Shown one piece after another: positions 9,269 through 17,462 of a stretch of 32,000 nt of DNA (the stretch's first letter is position 1; each line of letters begins with the position of its first letter). Location: contig JBAZYK010000010.1 of NCBI GenBank assembly GCA_041659405.1, positions 41,508 through 73,507 on the forward strand. The letters run 5' to 3'. Made by a program: the position numbers and the translations under genes. The notes beneath the pieces were generated by a model, which worked only from the letters and a program-made list of their open reading frames with translations, made no database searches and was not told the origin of the DNA. Source of the stretch: Candidatus Altimarinota bacterium. GTDB taxonomy: Bacteria; Patescibacteriota; Gracilibacteria; UBA1369.

Positions 9269-9327
9269 TAGGGTTTTTTATGCTTTGAGCGTGGGTATTA
9301 TAGTGGAGATGGTTTTTAGAGGATAGT

Positions 9328-9356
9328 TTGACATATCTTGATTTTTATTATATTAC
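9328..9356 (+). promoter_or_regulatory. Putative sigma70-type promoter
   Basis: TTGACA (9328-9333), 17-nt spacer, TATTAC (9351-9356). An alternative TATATT lies at 9349-9354. Confidence 0.35.
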
Positions 9357-9472
9357 GGTGTCCCTTAATGAAAGATGGGCAAAACCCACGATTATTTGTG
9401 GTGGATTGGGAGGAGGGCGAAATGGATGGTAATAAAGTTTAGAAATTTTTTATGTTTTTGTAATCTCGTTGC

Positions 9473-9498
9473 GGTACATTAATCAAAAATAATGTACC
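9473..9498. promoter_or_regulatory. Perfect 9-bp inverted repeat GGTACATTA-N8-TAATGTACC ending 3 nt before the ATG at 9502
   Basis: Read directly from the sequence. Left arm 9473-9481, right arm 9490-9498. Either an operator-like palindrome or an RNA hairpin occluding the initiation region. Confidence 0.5.
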
Positions 9499-9501
9499 AA
9501 T

Positions 9502-9795
9502 ATGATTTTAATTTCGATTGATGACGCGAAGAAGAGTATTGAAGGATACGACCCAAATAAGGCCGAGGTATTTCATAATTTTTATCGAACGCATGCTGGT
9601 TCAAGAAAAATTTTACTATATGTCGCTGAAAATTTTCCAAACATTGAAATTTTGTTATATGAAAGTTCGTATAACAAAGTTCAAGAACTGATTTATAAAA
9701 AGCTCAAATTTGGTTTAAAGGGAAACCAAATTGAGTTTTTGAGAAAAAATCAATATACTGAAAATGAAGTATTAAATTTAGTAAAAGTTTTATGA
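9502..9795 (+). CDS. Hypothetical protein (97 aa)
   Basis: ATG start. 4-nt ATGA overlap with the next ORF. No motif I recognise. Confidence 0.5.
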   Translation: MILISIDDAKKSIEGYDPNKAEVFHNFYRTHAGSRKILLYVAENFPNIEILLYESSYNKVQELIYKKLKFGLKGNQIEFLRKNQYTENEVLNLVKVL

Positions 9796-10058
9796 AAAAA
9801 ATCCTTTTGCCTCGAAGAGATCCTAATAATCCTCAGGTTAGAGAATATGTTGATGCTCTTAAAAGGGGTTATGCCAGTCAGCATGTATTGTTTTTTAATT
9901 CTGGTTGGGTTGTTAAAAAGCCTGGTTCTGCGAGAGCTACAAAATTTTTTTCTACCAAACGGGCAGCTGTTTCTTATGGTAAAGAGATTGCTAAAAACAA
10001 AGGTACAGGCCTCTTTATTCATTCAAAAGATGGTAGGATCCAGGAACGGTTTAACTAA
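9792..10058 (+). CDS. DUF2188-like small protein (88 aa)
   Basis: GWVVKKPGSARATKFFSTKRAAVSYGKEIAKNKGTGLFIHSKDGRIQER resembles the DUF2188 pattern (W-V-K-x-G..., then A-x-x-x-A-x-x, then I-H-x-x-D-G-x-I-Q-E). Recalled, not searched. Confidence 0.5.
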   Translation: MKKILLPRRDPNNPQVREYVDALKRGYASQHVLFFNSGWVVKKPGSARATKFFSTKRAAVSYGKEIAKNKGTGLFIHSKDGRIQERFN

Positions 10059-10060
10059 CT

Positions 10061-11356
10061 TTATGGCGTCAGCCTGTAGATTGTTCGTGGGAATGGAATT
10101 GATTCGCGGACGTGTTCAAGGCCGCAGATCCAGGTGACAAGGCGTTCCAGGCCATAACCAAATCCGCTGTGTGGCACGGAGCCGAATTTGCGGAGATCCA
10201 AATACCACTGGAAGGCTTCAACCGGCAATTTGTGTTCCTGAATTTTTTTGAGGAGTTTGTCGTAATCGTCTTCACGCTGGCTTCCACCAATAATTTCGCC
10301 ATAGCCTTCCGGGGCTAGTAGATCAGCACAAAGGGCGCGAGTTGGATCTTTAGGGTCCGGTTTCATATAAAACGCTTTTACAATTGCAGGATATTTTTCC
10401 ACAAAAATTGGTTTGTCATATTTTTTAGTGAGCATGGTTTCGTCATCGGCGCCAAGGTCGTCCATATCGCCAATATCCGAGCCCATTTCACGCAGTTCTT
10501 TAATTACTTCCGCATGAGTTTTGCGAATGAAAGGTGCTTCAATTTTTTGGAGAGGTTCAATGTTGCGTTCCAAAATCTTGAGTTCGTTAGCGTTTTTTGC
10601 GAGCACGGATTTTACAATGTGGGTGATCAATTGTTCCTGAATTTCCATATTTTGTTCGTGTTCCACAAAAGCGGCTTCGGCATCCAGCATCCAGAATTCC
10701 GTTAAATGACGGCGAGTTTTGGATTTTTCAGCGCGGAAAACCGGTCCAAAATCAAAACATCTTCCAACTGAAAAAATTGCCGCTTCAATGTATAATTGTC
10801 CGGATTGGCTTAGATAAGCCTGGCCCATGTCAAAATAATCCACGCCAAAAAGTTCGGTGGTGCCTTCGCAGGCATTTGGAGTCAGAATTGGCGCATCAAT
10901 TTTAATGTAATCGTTGTTGTTCAACCATTCAAAACTGGCGTTGATAATTGTGTTGCGGATTCTTTGAATTGCCCATTGGCGGCTGGAACGAAGCCATAAA
11001 TGGCGCTGGTCCATCAAAAATTCAATGCCGTGATCTTTTTTGGAAATTGGATATTCTTCTGTGACCAACTGCACGATCTCGATATTTTTTACCTGAATTT
11101 CATAAGTATCGGCCTGCTTGGGATGTTTTGTGACCATGCCGGTAATTTTCACCGAAGATTCCGCGGTGAGTTTTTCGGCTTCAGCAAGAGTTTCCGGGCT
11201 GACGCTAGAAGCTTCTACAATTCCCTGAATAATGCCGGTTCCATCACGCAATTGCAGAAAATAAATTTTTCCGCTGCCGCGTTTGTTGAACATCCAACCT
11301 TGAATCGTGGCCTCCTGATCTACGTAATCTTTGATTTTGGAAATGGTGGTGAGCAT
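10061..11356 (-). CDS. asnS: Asparaginyl-tRNA synthetase
   Basis: Class II motifs FRAEKSKTRRHLTEFWMLDAE, GGSQRE and GFGYGLERLV...IPFPR. The track start at 11413 is a TTG; the ATG at 11356 (MLTTISKIKDY) fits the family N-terminus better. Confidence 0.85.
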   Translation of the reverse strand: MLTTISKIKDYVDQEATIQGWMFNKRGSGKIYFLQLRDGTGIIQGIVEASSVSPETLAEAEKLTAESSVKITGMVTKHPKQADTYEIQVKNIEIVQLVTEEYPISKKDHGIEFLMDQRHLWLRSSRQWAIQRIRNTIINASFEWLNNNDYIKIDAPILTPNACEGTTELFGVDYFDMGQAYLSQSGQLYIEAAIFSVGRCFDFGPVFRAEKSKTRRHLTEFWMLDAEAAFVEHEQNMEIQEQLITHIVKSVLAKNANELKILERNIEPLQKIEAPFIRKTHAEVIKELREMGSDIGDMDDLGADDETMLTKKYDKPIFVEKYPAIVKAFYMKPDPKDPTRALCADLLAPEGYGEIIGGSQREDDYDKLLKKIQEHKLPVEAFQWYLDLRKFGSVPHSGFGYGLERLVTWICGLEHVRESIPFPRTIYRLTP

Positions 11357-11431
11357 GGGGTTCGTTTTAAAATAAGCCGCAAACAACATACTAAAATGTA
11401 GTTTGGCGGGCAAGGGCTGGATTGGATGAAT

Positions 11432-12193
11432 TTATAGACCGGGTTCTTCGTCCCAGCCTTTTGGAGTTACAATTTCGCCGTTGTTATAATTGTTGGAATC
11501 ATCGCCCTTGGTTCCTGGGTGGCGTTGTCTTGGTGCGCGCGGTGTTTTAGTTTTAGGATTTGACGTTGCGGATGTAGCTGGAGCGGCCGTTTTGGAAGGT
11601 GCAACATTTGCGCTAGCAATTGGAGCTTGGCTTGCACTGGCGCTTGGTGTTGCTTGCTTCGTTACTGTGCCTGAATCAGTCCCGGCATCAGCGGGATTTG
11701 GAACTTTTACACTTGGAGTTGTTGCGGAAATGTCCGGTTTTGATGGAGTTTTAAATGCTTTTTGTACAACGTATAAGGTTGTCAACGCAGTGATAGCAGC
11801 TATGGCAATAGTTGTTCTAGTCCCAAGAATAGGATTTTTAGGAATTTCGTCTGAAGCAGGCTTTTTGTCCGGGGTAGTTTCCGGTGGTCTCCATCCTGGA
11901 TGTGGAATGATTCTACGTACGGTTGGGGTAAGTGGTTTTTGCGCCAGCTTAAAAGGTGAAGTGTTTTCTGGTTGAGCTGCTTGCTCGGGTGCTTCAACGT
12001 TAACGATAACTCTGGCTATGGCTGTGTTTGTTTCTGCATCACCTGAATTAGGGACTGTTGTTGAAGCCTCTGGATTTTCCGTGCCTAAATCCGGAGTTGT
12101 TGGAGTTTGTTCAGTTTCCGGTGGTGGTGGGCTGAGCCAGCCGTCGGTAAGAGTGTCATTTTCTGAAGTGGATGGTCTTTCTCTTGTTCCCAT
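11432..12193 (-). CDS. Pro/Thr/Ala-rich single-pass membrane protein, hypothetical
   Basis: ATG start. One hydrophobic helix (TTIAIAAITALTTLYVV). Low-complexity flanks. GW-Pro/acidic motifs. The antisense ORF 11490-11975 is judged a compositional artefact. Confidence 0.6.
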   Translation of the reverse strand: MGTRERPSTSENDTLTDGWLSPPPPETEQTPTTPDLGTENPEASTTVPNSGDAETNTAIARVIVNVEAPEQAAQPENTSPFKLAQKPLTPTVRRIIPHPGWRPPETTPDKKPASDEIPKNPILGTRTTIAIAAITALTTLYVVQKAFKTPSKPDISATTPSVKVPNPADAGTDSGTVTKQATPSASASQAPIASANVAPSKTAAPATSATSNPKTKTPRAPRQRHPGTKGDDSNNYNNGEIVTPKGWDEEPGL

Positions 12194-12341
12194 AATTATT
12201 TGATTAAAAGGTTGTCAATGTATCAATTTGTGGTTGTTTCATCAAGCGAAACTTACTAAAGTTAGATCGGAATTGATCTGAAATGTGAATTCAAAATTGG
12301 AAGAGAAGTGCTGGAATATGAGCTATAAAGGCGGAATTTAG

Positions 12342-12370
12342 TTGACAAAGTGTAAGAATTTACGTATAAA
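12342..12370 (+). promoter_or_regulatory. Putative sigma70-type promoter for the 12400 gene
   Basis: TTGACA (12342-12347), 17-nt spacer, TATAAA (12365-12370). Lies about 30 nt upstream of the ATG. Confidence 0.5.
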
Positions 12371-12399
12371 TTAGTACTCAATATTTTTTGTAGAATATT

Positions 12400-13950
12400 A
12401 TGCTAAATGGTGTACCTGATTCGGATCAAAATTTGGATGGAGTTGATTCTGTTGTGGGATCTGAAAAGTCGGTGGATTTTCAAGCGTTGGCTAAATCAAT
12501 TGTTTCCAAACTTGATGCTGCCGGATTGAAAAATAAAGTTGAAGAAATTTATATGGGTGCAAGTTCGGAAATTCTGCAGGATAATCCAAAAATATTTTTT
12601 ACTTTTATGCAGAGTGTTTTTGAAGTTGCCGGTGAAGTAAGCTATTTAAGGGATGAACTTGCCAGATTTGGTAAAGAAGCTGGTGTTTTAGACAAAAAAT
12701 CGTCTAGGGATGATGATGCAACCAAATTTTTAGTTAGAGGAGTTGATAAACTTTCGAGATTGGGATTAGAGGAAGGGAATCTCCAAGGGAGCAAATCAGC
12801 CGGTATGTCGCAGCAACTTCAAGAAAAACAATTTGTTGAGGCAAAGGAAAAATTAGCCGCTTTACAAAGTGTTTTAGGTCAAGAAGGGGATTTGGAATTG
12901 GCGCAGAAATATTATTTGAGTAGAATTGTAGGATTTTTTAATCAAGTTCAATCTTTCTTGGATGAGGTGGAATTATTTAAAACAGCAGCTGAAAAGCGTT
13001 TTGCCAAAATTGACAGAGGGACTCCGGAAGGGCAGGGGATACTTGTTTCATTGACTAGTCTTAGGGGGAGAGTTGAAGAATTGATTGTGTCGGAAAAATC
13101 TTTATTGGCTTGGCTTGAAACTTTTTTGAACGTAAATAAAGGATATATTGATCCGGGGATTCGAAGCGTGATTGAAGGACTCATTGGGGTAAAAGGGCCC
13201 GGGCGTTCGCGTGTGTCATTAGTGCCTAAGGAGCCTTTATTTGGGAGGGGTGCGGTTGGTTTGACTCCGACTCCGGGAGCGGTGGCGGTTGATTCCGAGA
13301 GTGGGCATGGGCGGTCGGCGCAAAAAAAAGCGGCTGGTGGAGGTGAAAAAGTTGGTAGTGTAACAGCTATGGTTAAGGCTAATTCCCAAAGAATTGGAGT
13401 CTTGAAGGCTATGGCGGCTGGAACAGCTTTGGCGGTGACTGTGGCACTTGGAATCGTGGGCGCAAGAAAAATGTTTTCCGGGGATCCGGTTTCTGCTCAG
13501 GCTGCCGGGCAAAATGGGAAGAGCAATGCCAAGGTTGCCGGATCACAAAATGTTGATGCCGGAATTGGTGTTGGTGAGCTGGCAAAGGCGGTTGAATCTG
13601 CGGGGTCGTCGATTGAAACAGCAAAACCAGCAATTGAACCGATTGTTGAACCGATTGCGGCGGCTTCTGCGGAGGTCATACAAGAAATTCCGGCAAAAGA
13701 TGCAGGTGCGGTTTTAATTGATGCTGGTACTGTCTTGGGAGTTGAATCTGCGGCTCAGCATAAAAATTCACCAGTGGCTTCTGCTAAAGTTCCCGGAGCG
13801 GTTTCTTCAATCCCGGTTGCTCCTTCGTCAGCTGCTTCCTCAATTCCTGCGGCCGGTGTTTCGGCTGCACCTACGGCAAAACCGGAAGACGTTCCAATCA
13901 AACCAAAGGGGGACGTGGTTAATCCTTGGGGTGAACCTGAAGAAAAATAA
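12400..13950 (+). CDS. Hypothetical protein (516 aa): helical N-terminal domain, one TM helix, Ala/Ser/Pro-rich tail
   Basis: ATG start. TM helix AMAAGTALAVTVALGIVGA. Tail ends KGDVVNPWGEPEEK. Locally GC-rich. Confidence 0.7.
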   Translation: MLNGVPDSDQNLDGVDSVVGSEKSVDFQALAKSIVSKLDAAGLKNKVEEIYMGASSEILQDNPKIFFTFMQSVFEVAGEVSYLRDELARFGKEAGVLDKKSSRDDDATKFLVRGVDKLSRLGLEEGNLQGSKSAGMSQQLQEKQFVEAKEKLAALQSVLGQEGDLELAQKYYLSRIVGFFNQVQSFLDEVELFKTAAEKRFAKIDRGTPEGQGILVSLTSLRGRVEELIVSEKSLLAWLETFLNVNKGYIDPGIRSVIEGLIGVKGPGRSRVSLVPKEPLFGRGAVGLTPTPGAVAVDSESGHGRSAQKKAAGGGEKVGSVTAMVKANSQRIGVLKAMAAGTALAVTVALGIVGARKMFSGDPVSAQAAGQNGKSNAKVAGSQNVDAGIGVGELAKAVESAGSSIETAKPAIEPIVEPIAAASAEVIQEIPAKDAGAVLIDAGTVLGVESAAQHKNSPVASAKVPGAVSSIPVAPSSAASSIPAAGVSAAPTAKPEDVPIKPKGDVVNPWGEPEEK

Positions 13951-14898
13951 TTATTTTTCGGCTGATGAATCGGGCGTAATGCCTACCAAAGCATTAATTT
14001 TTGCGTCAGTGGCGATTGCTAAGTTAGTCAACTCTTCCGTGCAGACATGATGTGCGGCAACGGCGTCTTTTAGAGCTGCGTCCGGGTCGTTTTTATCTGC
14101 CGATGCTTCCATTCCCACTTGTGTGAAAGAGTGCGCTTTTGATCCGTGAATTCCGGCGCGATGTTTCTGAATAGCTTGGTCTGGAATTTGCAGGGGGCCG
14201 CTATATTGTTGTCTTGTTTCAATAAAACGACCGATTTTGGTTCCTTCTTTTGATTTTTGTTGGCATGATTCCATTACGCTTTCCAGGTTTCTGATTGTCG
14301 CTTCAATTTCTTCCAGATGTTTTAACAATTCTTTTATTTCAAGGACTTTTTGCAATGTTTCTTTGTTTGTACTAAGACCTTCAAAAAATAATTTTACAGT
14401 TGTTAAAGCGCCCGGCAGATGTTCGAGTTCTCTTAGTTTATCAAATAGTTCAGCATGGGTTTGGTCCGGTTGGGGTGTGTTTGCCAGTGTTCTGTTTCCG
14501 GTTTGAATAAAAGGTCCTACAGCTCTGAGCCAGTCGAATGTTAAAGATTTTATTTTTGCTTCTGCCGCGGTGATGATTTTTTGAGCTGCGGCATCTATTG
14601 CTGCTCTTGAGTCATGACCTGCTAAGACCAAATCTGCCAATCCCGGTCTTTTTAATAGGGTTGCGCTTCCTACTTGTTCTCCGGGGCTAAACCTAATAGT
14701 TCTTTTGAATGCTGGAGGTGCCGCTCGTTCTACGGCAGCACGCGTTTCTACTCGTGGGGTTTTTATGGCAGGGGGAACTAGTTGGTCGTGTTGTTCCGGT
14801 TGTTTGTCTAATTCAATTACGAATCCTTCATTTTTGGTTACCAATCCATCATCTTCGGGTTCCGGTCGTCCATTTGCGTCAATCTTTTCTACTGACAT
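13951..14898 (-). CDS. Hypothetical protein (315 aa), probably helical
   Basis: ATG start. Its stop codon abuts the stop of the convergent 12400-13950 gene with a 0-nt gap. No motif recognised. Confidence 0.65.
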   Translation of the reverse strand: MSVEKIDANGRPEPEDDGLVTKNEGFVIELDKQPEQHDQLVPPAIKTPRVETRAAVERAAPPAFKRTIRFSPGEQVGSATLLKRPGLADLVLAGHDSRAAIDAAAQKIITAAEAKIKSLTFDWLRAVGPFIQTGNRTLANTPQPDQTHAELFDKLRELEHLPGALTTVKLFFEGLSTNKETLQKVLEIKELLKHLEEIEATIRNLESVMESCQQKSKEGTKIGRFIETRQQYSGPLQIPDQAIQKHRAGIHGSKAHSFTQVGMEASADKNDPDAALKDAVAAHHVCTEELTNLAIATDAKINALVGITPDSSAEK

Positions 14899-14952
14899 AA
14901 AGAAAAATTAATTTGTAAGAGGAGGTCAATGTAGTGTTTTGACTTTGTTTCG

Positions 14953-15633
14953 TCAAATATTTTTCAGCATTTCTTTAACTTTAAACATTGGCAGGCCGAT
15001 CACGTTGTCGTAATCGCCGTCGATTTTTTTGATCATTTTGCCGCCGCTGCCTTCAATCGAAAAAGCTCCGGAGATTTTTAGGGCTTCCGGGGCGCTCGCC
15101 AGCAGGTCAATTTCTGCCCGGGTCATTTTTTTGATTTTGAGTTTTGTGAGCACGCACGAAGTGCGCTTGCGCATGACTTTGCCGTTTATGTCAGTTTTTA
15201 AAATTGCCAATCCGGTGTAGACGCGAATGGTTTTTCCGCTCATGGAGCCAATAATTTGCTGGGCTTCTTTGATGTTTTTGGGTTTGCCGATTTTTTTTGT
15301 GCCAACCATGATAAAAGTGTCTGCGCCAATGATGATTGCGTTAGGCCATTTTGGGGCAACCGTTAGTGCTTTTCCCAAAGCCAAATGCGTGGCCAGTTTT
15401 CGTGGATGGCCGTGCGATAGCATGTCTTCGTCAAAATCGCTTGTGCACCAGGTAAAAGGTTTGTGCAGTTTTTTCATGAGCTGACGCCTTGCCAAAGATG
15501 CGGAGGCAAGAACAATTTGAGGGCTTGGGGAAAGCGAGCGATTCTTTGAAACTTCGTCATGATTCGTCGTTTCCTTTCGACCGCGAACCGTTTCCTTTTT
15601 ACGGCTTGTTTTAGAGCTTTTTGTTGACATCAT
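14953..15633 (-). CDS. maf: Maf-like nucleoside-triphosphate pyrophosphatase with a basic N-terminal extension
   Basis: IVLASASLARRQLM...SDFDE and GAFSIEGSGGKMIKKIDGDYDNVIGLP. About 38 Lys/Arg/Ser-rich residues precede the conserved core. Confidence 0.8.
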   Translation of the reverse strand: MMSTKSSKTSRKKETVRGRKETTNHDEVSKNRSLSPSPQIVLASASLARRQLMKKLHKPFTWCTSDFDEDMLSHGHPRKLATHLALGKALTVAPKWPNAIIIGADTFIMVGTKKIGKPKNIKEAQQIIGSMSGKTIRVYTGLAILKTDINGKVMRKRTSCVLTKLKIKKMTRAEIDLLASAPEALKISGAFSIEGSGGKMIKKIDGDYDNVIGLPMFKVKEMLKNI

Positions 15634-15680
15634 TCTTGTTTTAGGGTAATGTGCTATCTCTGTATATACAAATCACAAAG

Positions 15681-17462
15681 ATGCGACAACTAAAATCTTA
15701 TCTGAAATATACGTTCGGACTCGTTTGGCGTCAAAAAAAACAAGTAATTTCCTTGGTGCTTTTGATTGTGTTCGCGACTGCCGTTCGCTTGGTGCAGCCA
15801 TATTTTTATAAGGTTTTGGTGGATACTCTTACAAACGGTGCGGCAAATAAATTTTTTACGAACGATCAGACCGGCTTTATGATCACGATTGTGCTTGTAT
15901 GGTTTCTTTTTGCGGTTGCCAGTAATTTGCTGAATGCCCAGCTGAATTATGTTGTTTGGACGATTGGAAATCGCAATTCACAGTGGGTGCACGTTGATGG
16001 TTTTCGCAAATTATTAAAGATGGATTATGCCAAGCATACACTTAAACACTCCAGTAAATATGCCAAAATTGTGGATGAAGCCGATACCTCCATGTGGGAA
16101 ATGACCAACTGGTGGCTGGGAAGATTTTTCCCGGGCGTGATTGGTTTTGTGGCGATGTTGGCGATTGCCTTTAGTACAAGCGTAGAAATGACTTTGGTTT
16201 CACTCGCGGTGGTGCCTTTTGGTTTGGGGATAATTTTTTTCATGTTGAATAAATATGATGATGATCAGCGCAAAGTTAATAAACTTTGGAATCGGAAACA
16301 TGAACATTTGAGTGACCAGATTTCCAATATCATTACTTATAAATTAAATCAGAATGAAAAACTTTTTGTGGAAGTGCAAAAGGATTTTAGTGATCGGGCC
16401 ACAAAAGCCCAGCATGCTTTAAATCAAAAATGGCGGCTTGTGGACATGCTTAATCCGGATGCGATTGCCAGGTTTTTGGTGATGGGTGTTGGTGTTTTTT
16501 TGGTTCAGCAGGGCAAAATTGGCCTGGGAACTCTTTTTATGTTTTTGGGTTTGTTGAATGAAATTTTGTCACCACTGCATTTTCTTGGAGATATCTTGCC
16601 GCAATATAGCCGTCGTGCGCGTCATATTGATCGTTATCTGCAACTTTTGAATGATCCTGATGGAATTATCGATCCGGAAGATCCCAAGCCTTTAAAACAG
16701 GTTAAAGGCAAGATTGAATTTAAAAATGTCAGCTTTGCGTATCCCGGGAAAAAAGCGGAGGCGGGTTTTATAATTAAAGATTTATCTTTTGTGATTGTTC
16801 CGGGTGAACACATGGCGATTGTTGGTCATTCCGGAGCAGGGAAGTCCACAATCATGGCATTACTTACACGTTTGGTTGATCCCGTTTCCGGCCAGGTTTT
16901 GTTGGACGGTGAAGATATTCGCAATTTTAAATTGGAAGAATATCATAAAATTATTGGAACTGTTTTGCAGGAACATTCTTTGTATGATGAAACGATCGCC
17001 CAAAATATTGCCTATGGAGAGCCAAAAGCAACTCGTGAGGAAATTATTCAAGCGGCAAAAAAAGCGGCTGCGCATGAATTTATTGATGTGCTTGTTGAAG
17101 GCTACGATACTTTAATCGGCGAAAAAGGCGTGCGACTTTCCGGTGGTGAAAAGCAGCGAATTTCAATCGCGAGGGCGGTTTTAAAAGATCCGAAAATTGT
17201 GGTTTTGGACGAGCCGACCAGCGCTTTGGACAGTATCACCGAATCCAAAGTGCAAAAGGGTTTGGACACTTTGTTGAAGGGGCGAACGGCGATAGTTATT
17301 GCGCATCGACTTTCCACTGTTCGTGAATCGGATAAAATTCTGGTTTTGGAAAAAGGCCGACGGGTTGATCTTGGCTCACACGCGGAGTTAATGAAAACCT
17401 GTAAAGATTATCAGGAAATGGTTAAATTGCAGACCAGCGGTTTTTTGGCTGATGAGGTTTAG
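15681..17462 (+). CDS. ABC exporter, fused permease and ATPase (MsbA/type I exporter-like)
   Basis: Walker A GHSGAGKST, signature LSGGEKQRISIARA, Walker B VVLDEPTSALD and an N-terminal six-helix-like TMD. The track start at 15651 is a GTG; I prefer the ATG at 15681 (MRQLKSY). Confidence 0.85.
   Translation: MRQLKSYLKYTFGLVWRQKKQVISLVLLIVFATAVRLVQPYFYKVLVDTLTNGAANKFFTNDQTGFMITIVLVWFLFAVASNLLNAQLNYVVWTIGNRNSQWVHVDGFRKLLKMDYAKHTLKHSSKYAKIVDEADTSMWEMTNWWLGRFFPGVIGFVAMLAIAFSTSVEMTLVSLAVVPFGLGIIFFMLNKYDDDQRKVNKLWNRKHEHLSDQISNIITYKLNQNEKLFVEVQKDFSDRATKAQHALNQKWRLVDMLNPDAIARFLVMGVGVFLVQQGKIGLGTLFMFLGLLNEILSPLHFLGDILPQYSRRARHIDRYLQLLNDPDGIIDPEDPKPLKQVKGKIEFKNVSFAYPGKKAEAGFIIKDLSFVIVPGEHMAIVGHSGAGKSTIMALLTRLVDPVSGQVLLDGEDIRNFKLEEYHKIIGTVLQEHSLYDETIAQNIAYGEPKATREEIIQAAKKAAAHEFIDVLVEGYDTLIGEKGVRLSGGEKQRISIARAVLKDPKIVVLDEPTSALDSITESKVQKGLDTLLKGRTAIVIAHRLSTVRESDKILVLEKGRRVDLGSHAELMKTCKDYQEMVKLQTSGFLADEV

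Noticed and set aside
9269-9501. Possible tmRNA (ssrA) next to smpB
   Set aside because: The gap is only 233 nt. I found no tRNA-like 3' end (GGTTCGAATCC...CCA) and no tag-reading-frame features. It is better explained as a divergent promoter and leader region.
11357-11413. N-terminal 19-codon extension of asnS from a TTG start
   Set aside because: The extension (MPAKLHFSMLFAAYFKTNP) is not part of the AsnRS fold, and the ATG at 11356 gives a canonical N-terminus. The same reasoning applies to the TTG start at 18259 (AlkD-like), the GTG at 15651 (ABC exporter) and the TTG at 21148 (hsdS).
11490-11975. 161-aa plus-strand ORF antisense to the Pro/Thr-rich gene, and the similar ORFs 12018-12203, 13237-13512, 13409-13633, 13448-13717 and 13497-13679
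   Set aside because: Long antisense or alternate-frame ORFs are expected in GC-rich low-complexity coding sequence. They lack independent start contexts and overlap better-supported genes.
12194-12230. Minus-strand TTGACA upstream of the 12193 gene as a promoter
   Set aside because: The spacing to any -10-like hexamer (TAATTA or ATAATT) is only 13-14 nt, and the -10 would abut the start codon. This is too irregular to call.
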